Positions 40,001 through 56,100 are shown, numbered from the stretch's first letter. The stretch is DNA of 64,000 bases from Paragordius varius (GCA_964247055.1 OZ176050.1:930001-994000); one strand, 5' to 3'. Numbers and translations: made by a program. The notes: generated from the sequence alone by a model not told the origin.

Positions 40001-43000
40001 TCACCCCAAATATTGTCGAGATCGGAGTATAAATGTAATTTTTATGAATTTTTTAAATATTTAAAAAATTTATTTTATACGATTTTAAAAATAAAAATGG
40101 CTACCTAAAATCCAAATTTGATCAGGTGATGTCACCATAATTTTTTTTGGGTAGCCCTATGGTAGTTCCATCATCACCCCAAATATTGTCTAGATCGGAG
40201 TATAAATGTAATTTTTATGAATTTTTTATATATTTAAAAAATTTATTTTATACGATTTTAAAAATAAAAATCGCTACCTAAAATCCAAATTTGATCAGGT
40301 GATGTCACCATAATTTATTTGGGTAGCCCTATGGTAGTTCCATCATCACCCCAAATACTTTGGGGATCGGAGTATAAATGTAATTTTTATAAATTTTTTA
40401 AATATTTAAAAAATTTATTTTATAAGATTTTAAAAATAAAAATGGCTACCTAAAATCCAAATTTGATCAGGTGATGTCACCATAATTTATTTGGGTAGCC
40501 CTATGGTAGTTCCATCATCACCCCAAATATTTTGGGGATCGGACTATAAATGTAATTTTTATGAATTTTTTAAATATTTAAAAAATTTATTTTATAAGAT
40601 TTTAAAAATAAAAATGGCTACCTAAAATCCAAATTTGATCAGGTGATGTCACCATAATTTATTTGGGTAGCCCTATGGTAGTTTTATCATCACCCCAAAT
40701 ATTGTCGAGATCGGACTTTAAATGTAATTTTAATGAATTTTTTAAATATTTAAAAAATTTATTTTATACGATTTTAAAAATAAAAATGGCTACCTAAAAT
40801 CCAAATTTGATCAGGTGATGTCACCATAATTTTTTTTGGGAACCCTATGGTAGTTCCATCATCACCCCAAATATTTTGGGGATCGGAGTATAAATGTAAT
40901 TTTTATGAATTTTTTAAATATTTAAAAAATTTATTTTATACGATAAAAATGGCTACCTAAAATCCAAATTTGCTCAGGTGATGTCTCCATAATTTTTTTT
41001 GGGTAGCCCTATGGTAGATCCATCATAACCCCAAATATTTTTGAGATCGGACTATAAATGTAATTTTTATGAATTTTTTAAATATTTAAAAAATTTATTT
41101 TATACGATTTTAAAAATAAAAATGGCTACCTAAAATCCAAATTTGATCAGGTGATGTCACCATAATTTTTTTTGGGTAGCCCTATGGTAGTTCCATCATC
41201 ACCCCAAATATTTTCGAGATCGGAGTATAAATGTAATTTTTATGAATTTTTTAAATATTTAAAAAATTTATTTTATACGATTTTAAAAATAAAAATGGCT
41301 ACCTAAAATACAAATTTGATCAGGTGATGTCACCATAATTTTTTTTGGGTAACCCTATGGTGGTTCCATCATCACCCCATATATTTTTGAGATCGGACTT
41401 TAAATGTAATTTTTATGAATTTTTTAAATATTTAAAAAATTTATTTTATACGATTTTAAAAATAAAAATGGCTACCTAAAATACAAATTTGATCAGGTGA
41501 TGTCACCATAATTTTTTTTGGGTAACCCTATGGTGGTTCCATCATCACCCCAAATATTTTTGAGATCGGACTGTAAATGTAATTTTTATGAATTTTTTAA
41601 ATATTTAAAAAATTTATTTTATACGATTTTAAAAATAAAAATGGCTACCTAAAATCCAAATTTGATCAGGTGATGTCACTATAATTTTTTTGGGTAGCCC
41701 TATGGTAGTTCCATCATCACCCCAAATATTTTTGAGATCGGACTATAAATGTAATTTTTATGAATTTTTTAAATATTTAAAAAATTTATTTTATACGATT
41801 TTGAAAATAAAAATGGCTACCTAAAATCCAAATTTGATCAGGAGATGTCGCCATAATTTTTTTTGGGTAGCCCTATAGTAGTTCCATCATCACCCCAAAT
41901 ATTTTTGAGATCGGACTATAAATGTAATTTTTATGAATTTTTTAAATATTTAAAAAATTTATTTTATACGATTTTAAAAATAAAAATGGCTACCTAAAAT
42001 CCAAATTTGATCAGGTGATGTCACCATAATTTTTTTTGGGTAGCCCTATGGTAGTTCCATCATCACCCCAAATATTTTCGAGATCGGAGTATAAATGTAA
42101 TTTTTATGAATTTTTTAAATATTTAAAAAATTTATTTTATACGATTTTAAAAATAAAAATGGCTACCTAAAATCCAAATTTGATCAGGTGATGTCACCAT
42201 AATTTTTTTTGGGTAGCCCTATGGTAGTTCCATTATCACCCCAAATATTGTCGAGATCGGAGTATAAATGTAATTTTTATGAATTTTTTAAATATTTAAA
42301 AAATTTATTTTATACGATTTTAAAAATAAAAATGGCTACCTAAAATCCAAATTTGATCAGGTGATGTCACCATAATTTATTTGGGTAGCCCTATAGTAGT
42401 TCCATCATCACCCCAAATATTGTCGAGATCGGAGTATAAATGTAATTTTTATAAATTTTTTAAATATTTAAAAAATTTATTTTATACGATTTTAAAAATA
42501 AAAATGGCTACCTAAAATCCAAATTTGATCAGGTGATGTCGCCATAATTTTTTTTTGGGTAACCCTATGGTGGTTCCATCATCACCCCAAATATTTTTGA
42601 GATCGGACTTGAAATGTAATTTTTATGAATTTTTTAAATATTTAAAAAATTTATTTTATACGATTTTAAAAATAAAAATGGCTACCTAAAATCCAAATTT
42701 GATCAGGTGATGTCGCCATAATTTTTTTTGGGTAGCCCTATGGTAGTTCCATCATAACCCCAAATATTTTTGAGATCGGACTATAAATGTAATTTTTATG
42801 AATTTTTTAAATATTTAAAAAATTTATTTTATACGATTTTAAAAATAAAAATGGCTACCTAAAATCCAAATTTGATCAGGTGATGTCGCCATAATTTTTT
42901 TTGGGTAGCCCTATGGTAGTTCCATCATAACCCCAAATATCTTTGAGATCGGACTTTAAATGTAATTTTTATGAATTTTTTAAATATTTAAAAAATTTAT

Positions 43001-43860
43001 TTTATACGATTTTAAAAATAAAAATGGCTACCCAAAATCCAAATTTGATCAGGTGATGTCGCCATAATTTTTTTTGGGTAGCCCTATAGTAGTTCCATCA
43101 TCACCCCAAATATTTTTGAGATCGGAGTATAAATGTAATTTTTATGAATTTTTTAAATATTTAAAAAATTTATTTTATACGATTTTAAAAATAAAAATGG
43201 CTACCTAAAATCGAAATTTGATCAGGTGATGTCACTATAATTTTTTTGGGTAGCCCTATGGTAGTTCCATCATCACCCCAAATATTGTCGAGATCGGAGT
43301 ATAAATGTAATTTTTATGAATTTTTTAAATATTTAAACAATTTATTTTATACGATTTTAAAAATAAAAATGGCTACCTAAAATCCAAATTTGATCAGGTG
43401 ATGTCACCATAATTTTTTTTGGGTAGCCCTATGGTAGTTCCATCATCACCCCAAATATTGTCTAGATCGGAGTATAAATGTAATTTTTATGAATTTTTTA
43501 TATATTTAAAAAATTTATTTTATACGATTTTAAAAATAAAAATGGCTACCTAAAATCCAAATTTGATCAGGTGATGTCACCATAATTTATTTGGGTAGCC
43601 CTATAGTAGTTCCATCATCACCCCAAATATTGTCGAGATCGGAGTATAAATGTAATTTTTATGAATTTTTTAAATATTTAAAAAATTTATTTTATACGAT
43701 TTTAAAAATAAAAATGGCTACCTAAAATCCAAATTTGATCAGGTGATGTCGCCATAATTTTTTTTTGGGTAACCCTATGGTGGTTCCATCATCACCCCAA
43801 ATATTTTTGAGATCGGACTTGAAATGTAATTTTTATGAATTTTTTAAATATTTAAAAAAT
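37010..43860 (+). repeat. Dispersed 10-monomer block duplication (offset 5,169 bp = 30 monomers): ~37,010-38,690 and ~42,180-43,860
   Basis: cattatc 37,062/42,231; atcgaaa 38,041/43,210; shared ggctaccc, tgtctag, ttttatatattt and gacttga in the same order. Confidence 0.85.
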
Positions 43861-43899
43861 TTATTTTATACGATTTTAAAAATAAAAATGGCTACCTAA

Positions 43900-45590
43900 A
43901 ATCCAAATTTGATCAGGTGATGTCGCCATAATTTTTTTTGGGTAGCCCTATAGTAGTTCCATCATCACCCCAAATATTTTTGAGATCGGAGTATAAATGT
44001 AATTTTTATGAATTTTTCAAATATTTAAAAAATTTATTTTATACGATTTTAAAAATAAAAATGGCTACCTAAAATCCAAATTTCATCAGGTGATGTCACC
44101 ATAATTTATTTGGGTAGCCCTATAGTAGTTCCATCATCACCCCAAATATTTTTGAGATCGGAGTATAAATGTAATTTTTATGAATTTTTTAAATATTTAA
44201 AAAATTTATTTTATACGATTTTAAAAATAAAAATGGCTACCTAAAATCCAAATTTGATCAGGTGATGTCACTATAATTTTTTTGGGTAGCCCTATGGTAG
44301 TTCCATCATCACCCCAAATATTTTGGGGATCGGACTATAAATGTAATTTTTATGAATTTTTTAAATATTTAAAAAATTTATTTTATACGATTTTAAAAAT
44401 AAAAATGGCTACCTAAAATCCAAACTTGATCAGGTGATGTCGCCATAATTTTTTTTGGGTAGCCCTATGGTAGTTCCATCATCACCCCAAATACTTTGGG
44501 GATCGGACTATAAATGTAATTTTAATGAATTTTTTAAATATTTAAAAAATTTATTTTATACGATTTTAAAAATAAAAATGGCTACCTAAAATCCAAATTT
44601 GATCAGGTGATGTCACCATAATTTTTTTTGGGTAGCCCTATGGTAGTTCCATCATCACCCCAAATATTTTCGAGATCGGAGTATAAATGTAATTTTTATA
44701 AATTTTTTAAATATTTAAAAAATTTATTTTATACGATTTTAAAAATAAAAATGGCTACCTAAAATCCAAATTTGATCAGGTGATGTCGCCATAATTTTTT
44801 TTGGGTAGCCCTATAGTAGTTCCATCATCACCCCAAATATTTTTGAGATCGGAGTATAAATGTAATTTTTATGAATTTTTCAAATATTTAAAAAATTTAT
44901 TTTATACGATTTTAAAAATAAAAATGGCTACCTAAAATCCAAATTTCATCAGGTGATGTCACCATAATTTATTTGGGTAGCCCTATAGTAGTTCCATCAT
45001 CACCCCAAATATTTTTGAGATCGGAGTATAAATGTAATTTTTATGAATTTTTTAAATATTTAAAAAATTTATTTTATACGATTTTAAAAATAAAAATGGC
45101 TACCTAAAATCCAAATTTGATCAGGTGATGTCACTATAATTTTTTTGGGTAGCCCTATGGTAGTTCCATCATCACCCCAAATATTTTGGGGATCGGACTA
45201 TAAATGTAATTTTTATGAATTTTTTAAATATTTAAAAAATTTATTTTATACGATTTTAAAAATAAAAATGGCTACCTAAAATCCAAACTTGATCAGGTGA
45301 TGTCGCCATAATTTTTTTTGGGTAGCCCTATGGTAGTTCCATCATCACCCCAAATACTTTGGGGATCGGACTATAAATGTAATTTTAATGAATTTTTTAA
45401 ATATTTAAAAAATTTATTTTATACGATTTTAAAAATAAAAATGGCTACCTAAAATCCAAATTTGATCAGGTGATGTCACCATAATTTTTTTTGGGTAGCC
45501 CTATGGTAGTTCCATCATCACCCCAAATATTTTCGAGATCGGAGTATAAATGTAATTTTTATAAATTTTTTAAATATTTAAAAAATTTAT
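43900..45590 (+). repeat. Tandem 5-monomer duplication (offset 863 bp)
   Basis: caaacttgat 44,425/45,288; aatttttcaa and tttcatcagg repeated at the same offset. Confidence 0.9.
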
Positions 45591-47199
45591 TTTATAAGAT
45601 TTTAAAAATAAAAATGGCTACCTAAAATCCAAATTTGATCAGGTGATGTCACCATAATTTATTTGGGTAGCCCTATGGTAGTTCCATCATCACCCCAAAT
45701 ATTGTCGAGATCGGACTTTAAATGTAATTTTAATGAATTTTTTAAATATTTAAAAAATTTATTTTATACGATTTTAAAAATAAAAATGGCTACCTAAAAT
45801 CCAAATTTGATCAGGTGATGTCACCATAATTTTTTTTGGGAACCCTATGGTAGTTCCATCATCACCCCAAATATTTTGGGGATCGGAGTATAAATGTAAT
45901 TTTTATGAATTTTTTAAATATTTAAAAAATTTATTTTATACGATTTTAAAAATAAAAATGGCTACCTAAAATCCAAATTTGCTCAGGTGATGTCACCATA
46001 ATTTTTTTTGGGTAGCCCTATGGTAGTTCCATCATCACCCCAAATATTTTGGGGATCGGACTATAAATGTAATTTTTATGAATTTTTTAAATATTTAAAA
46101 AATTTATTTTATAAGATTTTAAAAATAAAAATGGCTACCTAAAATCCAAATTTGATCAGGTGATGTCACCATAATTTATTTGGGTAGCCCTATGGTAGTT
46201 TCATCATCACCCCAAATATTGTCGAGATCGGACTTTAAATGTAATTTTAATGAATTTTTTAAATATTTAAAAAATTTATTTTATACGATTTTAAAAATAA
46301 AAATGGCTACCTAAAATCCAAATTTGATCAGGTGATGTCACCATAATTTTTTTTGGGAACCCTATGGTAGTTCCATCATCACCCCAAATATTTTGGGGAT
46401 CGGAGTATAAATGTAATTTTTATGAATTTTTTAAATATTTAAAAAATTTATTTTATACGATTTTAAAAATAAAAATGGCTACCTAAAATCCAAATTTGCT
46501 CAGGTGATGTCTCCATAATTTTTTTTGGGTAGCCCTATGGTAGTTCCATCATCACCCAAATATTTTGGGGATCGGACTATAAATGTAATTTTTATGAATT
46601 TTTTAAATATTTAAAAAATTTATTTTATACGATTTTAAAAATAAAAATGGCTACCTAAAATCCAAATTTGATCAGGTGATGTCACCATAATTTTTTTTGG
46701 GTAGCCCTATGGTAGTTCCATCATCACCCCAAATATTTTCGAGATCGGAGTATAAATGTAATTTTTATGAATTTTTTAAATATTTAAAAAATTTATTTTA
46801 TACGATTTTAAAAATAAAAATGGCTACCTAAAATACAAATTTGATCAGGTGATGTCACCATAATTTTTTTTGGGTAACCCTATGGTGGTTCCATCATCAC
46901 CCCAAATATTTTTGAGATCGGACTTTAAATGTAATTTTTATGAATTTTTTAAATATTTAAAAAATTTATTTTATACGATTTTAAAAATAAAAATGGCTAC
47001 CTAAAATACAAATTTGATCAGGTGATGTCACCATAATTTTTTTTGGGTAACCCTATGGTGGTTCCATCATCACCCCAAATATTTTTGAGATCGGACTGTA
47101 AATGTAATTTTTATGAATTTTTTAAATATTTAAAAAATTTATTTTATACGATTTTAAAAATAAAAATGGCTACCTAAAATCCAAATTTGATCAGGTGAT

Positions 47200-50100
47200 G
47201 TCACTATAATTTTTTTTGGGTAGCCCTATGGTAGTTCCATCATCACCCCAAATATTTTCGAGATCGGAGTATAAATGTAATTTTTATAAATTTTTTAAAT
47301 ATTTAAAAAATTTATTTTATACGATTTTAAAAATAAAAATGACTACCTAAAATCCAAATTTGATCATGTGATGTCGCCATAATTTTTTTTGAGTAGCCCT
47401 ATGGTAGTTCCATCATCACCCCAAATACTTTGGGGATCGGACTATAAATGTAATTTTTATGAATTTTTTAAATATTTAAAAAATTAATTTTATACGATTT
47501 TAAAAATAAAAATGGCTACCTAAAATCCAAATTTGATCAGGTGATGTCGCCATAATTTTTTTGGGTAGCCCTATGGTAGTTCCATCATCACCCCAAATAT
47601 TTTGGGGATCGGACTATAAATGTAATTTTTATGAATATTTTAAATATTTAAAAAATTTATTTTATACGATTTTAGAAATAAAAATGGCTACCTAAAATCC
47701 AAATTTGATCAGGTGATGTCGCCATAATTTTTTTTTGGTAGCCCTATGGTAGTTCCATCATCACCTCAAATATTTTTGAGATCGGAGTAAAAATGTAATT
47801 TTTATGAATTTTTTAAATATTTAAAAAATTTATTTATACGATTTTAAAAATAAAAATGGCTACCTAAAATATAAATTTGATCAGGTGATGTCACTATAAT
47901 ATTTTTGGGTAGCCCTATGGTAGTTCCATCATCAGCACAAATATTTTGGGGATCGGACTATAAATGTAATTTTTATGAATTTTTTAAATATTTAAAAAAT
48001 TTATTTTATACGATTTTAAAAATAAAAATGGCTACCTAAAATCCAAATTTGATCAGGTGATGTCGCCATAATTTTTTTTGGGTAGCCCTATGGTAGTTCC
48101 ATCATCACCCCAAATACTTTGGGGATCGGACTATAAATGTATTTTTTATGAATTTTTTAAATATTTAAAAAATTTATTTTATACGATTTTAAAAATAAAA
48201 ATGGCTACCTAAAATCCAAATTTGATCAGATGATGTCACCATAATTTTTTTTGGGTAGCCCTATGGTAGTTCCATCATACCCCAAATATTTTCGAGATCG
48301 GAGTATAAATGTAATTTTTATGAATTTTTTAAATATGTAAAAAATTTATTTTCTACGATTTTAAAAATAAAAATGGCTACCTAAAATCCAAATTTGATCA
48401 GGTGATGTCACCATAATTTTTTTTGGGTAGCCCTATGGTAGTTCCATCATCACCCCAAATATTGTCGAGATCGGAGTATAAATGTAATTTTTTTGAATTT
48501 TTTAAATATTTAAAAAATTTATTTTATACGATTTTAAAAATAAAAATGGCTACCTAAAATCCAAATTTGATCTGGTGATGTCACTATAATTTTTTTGGGT
48601 AGCCCTATGGTAGTTCCATCATCACCCCAAATATTTTGGGGATCGGACTATAAATGTAATTTTTATGAATTTTTTAAATATTTAAAAAATTTATTTTATA
48701 CGATTTTAAAAATAAAAATGGCTACCTAAAATCCAAATTTGATCTGGTGATGTCACTATAATTTTTTTGGGTAGCCCTATGGTAGTTCCATCATCACCCC
48801 AAATATTTTGGGGATCGGACTATAAATGTAATTTTTATGAATTTTTTAAATATTTAAAAAATTTATTTTATACGATTTTAAAAATAAAAATGGCTACCTA
48901 AAATCCAAATTTGATCAGATGATGTCACCATAATTTTTTTTGGGTAGCCCTATGGTAGTTCCATCATACCCCAAATATTTTCGAGATCGGAGTATAAATG
49001 TAATTTTTATGAATTTTTTAAATATGTAAAAAATTTATTTTTCACGATTTTAAAAATAAAAATGGCTACCTAAAATCCAAATTTGATCAGGTGATGTCAC
49101 CATAATTTTTTTTGGGTAGCCCTATGGTAGTTCCATCATCACCCCAAATATTTTCGAGATCGGAGTATAAATGTAATTTTTATAAATTTTTTAAATATTT
49201 AAAAAATTTATTTTATAAGATTTTAAAAATAAAAATGGCTACCTAAAATCCAAATTTGATCAGGTGATGTCACCATAATTTATTTGGGTAGCCCTATGGT
49301 AGTTTCATCATCACCCCAAATATTGTCGAGATCGGACTTTAAATGTAATTTTAATGAATTTTTTAAATATTTAAAAAATTTATTTTATACGATTTTAAAA
49401 ATAAAAATGGCTACCTAAAATCCAAATTTGATCAGGTGATGTCACCATAATTTTTTTTGGGAACCCTATGGTAGTTCCATCATCACCCCAAATATTTTGG
49501 GGATCGGAGTATAAATGTAATTTTTATGAATTTTTTAAATATTTAAAAAATTTATTTTATACGATTTTAAAAATAAAAATGGCTACCTAAAATCCAAATT
49601 TGCTCAGGTGATGTCTCCATAATTTTTTTTGGGTAGCCCTATGGTAGTTCCATCATCACCCAAATATTTTGGGGATCGGACTATAAATGTAATTTTTATG
49701 AATTTTTTAAATATTTAAAAAATTTATTTTATACGATTTTAAAAATAAAAATGGCTACCTAAAATCCAAATTTGATCAGGTGATGTCACCATAATTTTTT
49801 TTGGGTAGCCCTATGGTAGTTCCATCATCACCCCAAATATTTTCGAGATCGGAGTATAAATGTAATTTTTATGAATTTTTTAAATATTTAAAAAATTTAT
49901 TTTATACGATTTTAAAAATAAAAATGGCTACCTAAAATACAAATTTGATCAGGTGATGTCACCATAATTTTTTTTGGGTAACCCTATGGTGGTTCCATCA
50001 TCACCCCAAATATTTTTGAGATCGGACTTTAAATGTAATTTTTATGAATTTTTTAAATATTTAAAAAATTTATTTTATACGATTTTAAAAATAAAAATGG

Positions 50101-53100
50101 CTACCTAAAATACAAATTTGATCAGGTGATGTCACCATAATTTTTTTTGGGTAACCCTATGGTGGTTCCATCATCACCCCAAATATTTTTGAGATCGGAC
50201 TGTAAATGTAATTTTTATGAATTTTTTAAATATTTAAAAAATTTATTTTATACGATTTTAAAAATAAAAATGGCTACCTAAAATCCAAATTTGATCAGGT
50301 GATGTCACTATAATTTTTTTGGGTAGCCCTATGGTAGTTCCATCATCACCCCAAATATTTTGGGGATCGGACTATAAATGTAATTTTTATGAATTTTTTA
50401 AATATTTAAAAAATTTATTTTATAAGATTTTAAAAATAAAAATGGCTACCTAAAATCCAAATTTGATCTGGTGATGTCACCATAATTTTTTTTGGGTAGC
50501 CCTATGGTAGTTCCATCATCACCCCAAATATTTTCGAGATCGGAGTATAAATGTAATTTTTATAAATTTTTTAAATATTTAAAAAATTTATTTTATACGA
50601 TTTTAAAAATAAAAATGACTACCTAAAATCCAAATTTGATCATGTGATGTCGCCATAATTTTTTTTGAGTAGCCCTATGGTAGTTCCATCATCACCCCAA
50701 ATACTTTGGGGATCGGACTATAAATGTAATTTTTATGAATTTTTTAAATATTTAAAAAATTAATTTTATACGATTTTAAAAATAAAAATGGCTACCTAAA
50801 ATCCAAATTTGATCAGGTGATGTCGCCATAATTTTTTTTGGGTAGCCCTATGGTAGTTCCATCATCACCCCAAATATTTTGGGGATCGGACTATAAATGT
50901 AATTTTTATGAATATTTTAAATATTTAAAAAATTTATTTTATACGATTTTAGAAATAAAAATGGCTACCTAAAATCCAAATTTGATCAGGTGATGTCGCC
51001 ATAATTTTTTTTTGGTAGCCCTATGGTAGTTCCATCATCACCTCAAATATTTTTGAGATCGGAGTAAAAATGTAATTTTTATGAATTTTTTAAATATTTA
51101 AAAAATTTATTTATACGATTTTAAAAATAAAAATGGCTACCTAAAATATAAATTTGATCAGGTGATGTCACTATAATATTTTTGGGTAGCCCTATGGTAG
51201 TTCCATCATCACCACAAATATTTTGGGGATCGGACTATAAATGTAATTTTTATGAATTTTTTAAATATTTAAAAAATTTATTTTATACGATTTTAAAAAT
51301 AAAAATGGCTACCTAAAATCCAAATTTGATCAGGTGATGTCGCCATAATTTTTTTTGGGTAGCCCTATGGTAGTTCCATCATCACCCCAAATACTTTGGG
51401 GATCGGACTATAAATGTATTTTTTATGAATTTTTTAAATATTTAAAAAATTTATTTTATACGATTTTAAAAATAAAAATGGCTACCTAAAATCCAAATTT
51501 GATCAGATGATGTCACCATAATTTTTTTTGGGTAGCCCTATGGTAGTTCCATCATACCCCAAATATTTTCGAGATCGGAGTATAAATGTAATTTTTATGA
51601 ATTTTTTAAATATGTAAAAAATTTATTTTCTACGATTTTAAAAATAAAAATGGCTACCTAAAATCCAAATTTGATCAGGTGATGTCACCATAATTTTTTT
51701 TGGGTAGCCCTATGGTAGTTCCATCATCACCCCAAATATTGTCGAGATCGGAGTATAAATGTAATTTTTTTGAATTTTTTAAATATTTAAAAAATTTATT
51801 TTATACGATTTTAAAAATAAAAATGGCTACCTAAAATCCAAATTTGATCAGGTGATGTCACTATAATTTTTTTGGGTAGCCCTATGGTAGTTCCATCATC
51901 ACCCCAAATATTTTGGGGATCGGACTATAAATGTAATTTTTATGAATTTTTTAAATATTTAAAAAATTTATTTTATACGATTTTAAAAATAAAAATGGCT
52001 ACCTAAAATCCAAATTTGATCTGGTGATGTCACTATAATTTTTTTGGGTAGCCCTATGGTAGTTCCATCATCACCCCAAATATTTTGGGGATCGGACTAT
52101 AAATGTAATTTTTATGAATTTTTTAAATATTTAAAAAATTTATTTTATACGATTTTAAAAATAAAAATGGCTACCTAAAATCCAAATTTGATCATGTGAT
52201 GTCGCCATAATTTTTTTTGGGTAGCCCTATGGTGGTTCCATCATCACCCCAAATATTTTTGAGATCGGACTTTAAATGTAATTTTTATGAATTTTTTAAA
52301 TATTTAAAAAATTTATTTTATACGATTTTAAAAATAAAAATGGCTACCTAAAATACAAATTTGATCAGGTGATGTCACCATAATTTTTTTTGGGTAACCC
52401 TATGGTGGTTCCATCATCACCCCAAATATTTTTGAGATCGGACTGTAAATGTAATTTTTATGAATTTTTTAAATATTTAAAAAATTTATTTTATACGATT
52501 TTAAAAATAAAAATGGCTACCTAAAATCCAAATTTGATCAGGTGATGTCACTATAATTTTTTTGGGTAGCCCTATGGTAGTTCCATCATCACCCCAAATA
52601 TTTTGGGGATCGGACTATAAATGTAATTTTTATGAATTTTTTAAATATTTAAAAAATTTATTTTATACGATTTTAAAAATAAAAATGGCTACCTAAAATC
52701 CAAATTTGATCTGGTGATGTCACCATAATTTTTTTTGGGTAGCCCTATGGTAGTTCCATCATCACCCCAAATATTTTCGAGATCGGAGTATAAATGTAAT
52801 TTTTATAAATTTTTTAAATATTTAAAAAATTTATTTTATACGATTTTAAAAATAAAAATGACTACCTAAAATCCAAATTTGATCATGTGATGTCGCCATA
52901 ATTTTTTTTGAGTAGCCCTATGGTAGTTCCATCATCACCCCAAATACTTTGGGGATCGGACTATAAATGTAATTTTTATGAATTTTTTAAATATTTAAAA
53001 AATTAATTTTATACGATTTTAAAAATAAAAATGGCTACCTAAAATCCAAATTTGATCAGGTGATGTCGCCATAATTTTTTTGGGTAGCCCTATGGTAGTT

Positions 53101-56100
53101 CCATCATCACCCCAAATATTTTGGGGATCGGACTATAAATGTAATTTTTATGAATATTTTAAATATTTAAAAAATTTATTTTATACGATTTTAGAAATAA
53201 AAATGGCTACCTAAAATCCAAATTTGATCAGGTGATGTCGCCATAATTTTTTTTTGGTAGCCCTATGGTAGTTCCATCATCACCTCAAATATTTTTGAGA
53301 TCGGAGTAAAAATGTAATTTTTATGAATTTTTTAAATATTTAAAAAATTTATTTATACGATTTTAAAAATAAAAATGGCTACCTAAAATATAAATTTGAT
53401 CAGGTGATGTCACTATAATATTTTTGGGTAGCCCTATGGTAGTTCCATCATCAGCACAAATATTTTGGGGATCGGACTATAAATGTAATTTTTATGAATT
53501 TTTTAAATATTTAAAAAATTTATTTTATACGATTTTAAAAATAAAAATGGCTACCTAAAATCCAAATTTGATCAGGTGATGTCGCCATAATTTTTTTTGG
53601 GTAGCCCTATGGTAGTTCCATCATCACCCCAAATACTTTGGGGATCGGACTATAAATGTATTTTTTATGAATTTTTTAAATATTTAAAAAATTTATTTTA
53701 TACGATTTTAAAAATAAAAATGGCTACCTAAAATCCAAATTTGATCAGATGATGTCACCATAATTTTTTTTGGGTAGCCCTATGGTAGTTCCATCATACC
53801 CCAAATATTTTCGAGATCGGAGTATAAATGTAATTTTTATGAATTTTTTAAATATGTAAAAAATTTATTTTCTACGATTTTAAAAATAAAAATGGCTACC
53901 TAAAATCCAAATTTGATCAGGTGATGTCACCATAATTTTTTTTGGGTAGCCCTATGGTAGTTCCATCATCACCCCAAATATTGTCGAGATCGGAGTATAA
54001 ATGTAATTTTTTTGAATTTTTTAAATATTTAAAAAATTTATTTTATACGATTTTAAAAATAAAAATGGCTACCTACAATCCAAATTTGATCAGGTGATGT
54101 CACTATAATTTTTTTGGGTAGCCCTATGGTAGTTCCATCATCACCCCAAATATTTTGGGGATCGGACTATAAATGTAATTTTTATGAATTTTTTAAATAT
54201 TTAAAAAATTTATTTTATACGATTTTAAAAATAAAAATGGCTACCTAAAATCCAAATTTGATCTGGTGATGTCACTATAATTTTTTTGGGTAGCCCTATG
54301 GTAGTTCCATCATCACCCCAAATATTTTGGGGATCGGACTATAAATGTAATTTTTATGAATTTTTTAAATATTTAAAAAATTTATTTTATACGATTTTAA
54401 AAATAAAAATGGCTACCTAAAATCCAAATTTGATCAGATGATGTCACCATAATTTTTTTTGGGTAGCCCTATGGTAGTTCCATCATACCCCAAATATTTT
54501 CGAGATCGGAGTATAAATGTAATTTTTATGAATTTTTTAAATATGTAAAAAATTTATTTTTCACGATTTTAAAAATAAAAATGGCTACCTAAAATCCAAA
54601 TTTGATCAGGTGATGTCACCATAATTTTTTTTGGGTAGCCCTATGGTAGTTCCATCATCACCCCAAATATTTTCGAGATCGGAGTATAAATGTAATTTTT
54701 ATAAATTTTTTAAATATTTAAAAAATTTATTTTATAAGATTTTAAAAATAAAAATGGCTACCTAAAATCCAAATTTGATCAGGTGATGTCACCATAATTT
54801 ATTTGGGTAGCCCTATGGTAGTTTCATCATCACCCCAAATATTGTCGAGATCGGACTTTAAATGTAATTTTAATGAATTTTTTAAATATTTAAAAAATTT
54901 ATTTTATACGATTTTAAAAATAAAAATGGCTACCTAAAATCCAAATTTGATCAGGTGATGTCACCATAATTTTTTTTGGGAACCCTATGGTAGTTCCATC
55001 ATCACCCCAAATATTTTGGGGATCGGAGTATAAATGTAATTTTTATGAATTTTTTAAATATTTAAAAAATTTATTTTATACGATTTTAAAAATAAAAATG
55101 GCTACCTAAAATCCAAATTTGCTCAGGTGATGTCTCCATAATTTTTTTTGGGTAGCCCTATGGTAGTTCCATCATCACCCAAATATTTTGGGGATCGGAC
55201 TATAAATGTAATTTTTATGAATTTTTTAAATATTTAAAAAATTTATTTTATACGATTTTAAAAATAAAAATGGCTACCTAAAATCCAAATTTGATCAGGT
55301 GATGTCACCATAATTTTTTTTGGGTAGCCCTATGGTAGTTCCATCATCACCCCAAATATTTTCGAGATCGGAGTATAAATGTAATTTTTATGAATTTTTT
55401 AAATATTTAAAAAATTTATTTTATACGATTTTAAAAATAAAAATGGCTACCTAAAATACAAATTTGATCAGGTGATGTCACCATAATTTTTTTTGGGTAA
55501 CCCTATGGTGGTTCCATCATCACCCCAAATATTTTTGAGATCGGACTTTAAATGTAATTTTTATGAATTTTTTAAATATTTAAAAAATTTATTTTATACG
55601 ATTTTAAAAATAAAAATGGCTACCTAAAATACAAATTTGATCAGGTGATGTCACCATAATTTTTTTTGGGTAACCCTATGGTGGTTCCATCATCACCCCA
55701 AATATTTTTGAGATCGGACTGTAAATGTAATTTTTATGAATTTTTTAAATATTTAAAAAATTTATTTTATACGATTTTAAAAATAAAAATGGCTACCTAA
55801 AATCCAAATTTGATCAGGTGATGTCACTATAATTTTTTTGGGTAGCCCTATGGTAGTTCCATCATCACCCCAAATATTTTGGGGATCGGACTATAAATGT
55901 AATTTTTATGAATTTTTTAAATATTTAAAAAATTTATTTTATAAGATTTTAAAAATAAAAATGGCTACCTAAAATCCAAATTTGATCTGGTGATGTCACC
56001 ATAATTTTTTTTGGGTAGCCCTATGGTAGTTCCATCATCACCCCAAATATTTTCGAGATCGGAGTATAAATGTAATTTTTATAAATTTTTTAAATATTTA

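Larger units (their letters stand above)
30060..47200 (+). repeat. Satellite layer C: ttttgag/tgtcgag haplotypes with ataatttatttggg and ctatagt variants
   Basis: The variant set switches abruptly after ~30,060. The ttgggg haplotype is nearly absent from 30.6-38.7 kb (one copy seen near 33,440). Layer B markers disappear. Confidence 0.8.

Noticed and set aside
47362-47372. Yeast CDEI-like RTCACRTG (ATCACATG on the minus strand of the catgtgat variant) near an AT-rich block
   Set aside because: It is present only in a minority variant, there is no CDEIII-like element, and a tandem array is incompatible with a point centromere. Chance match.
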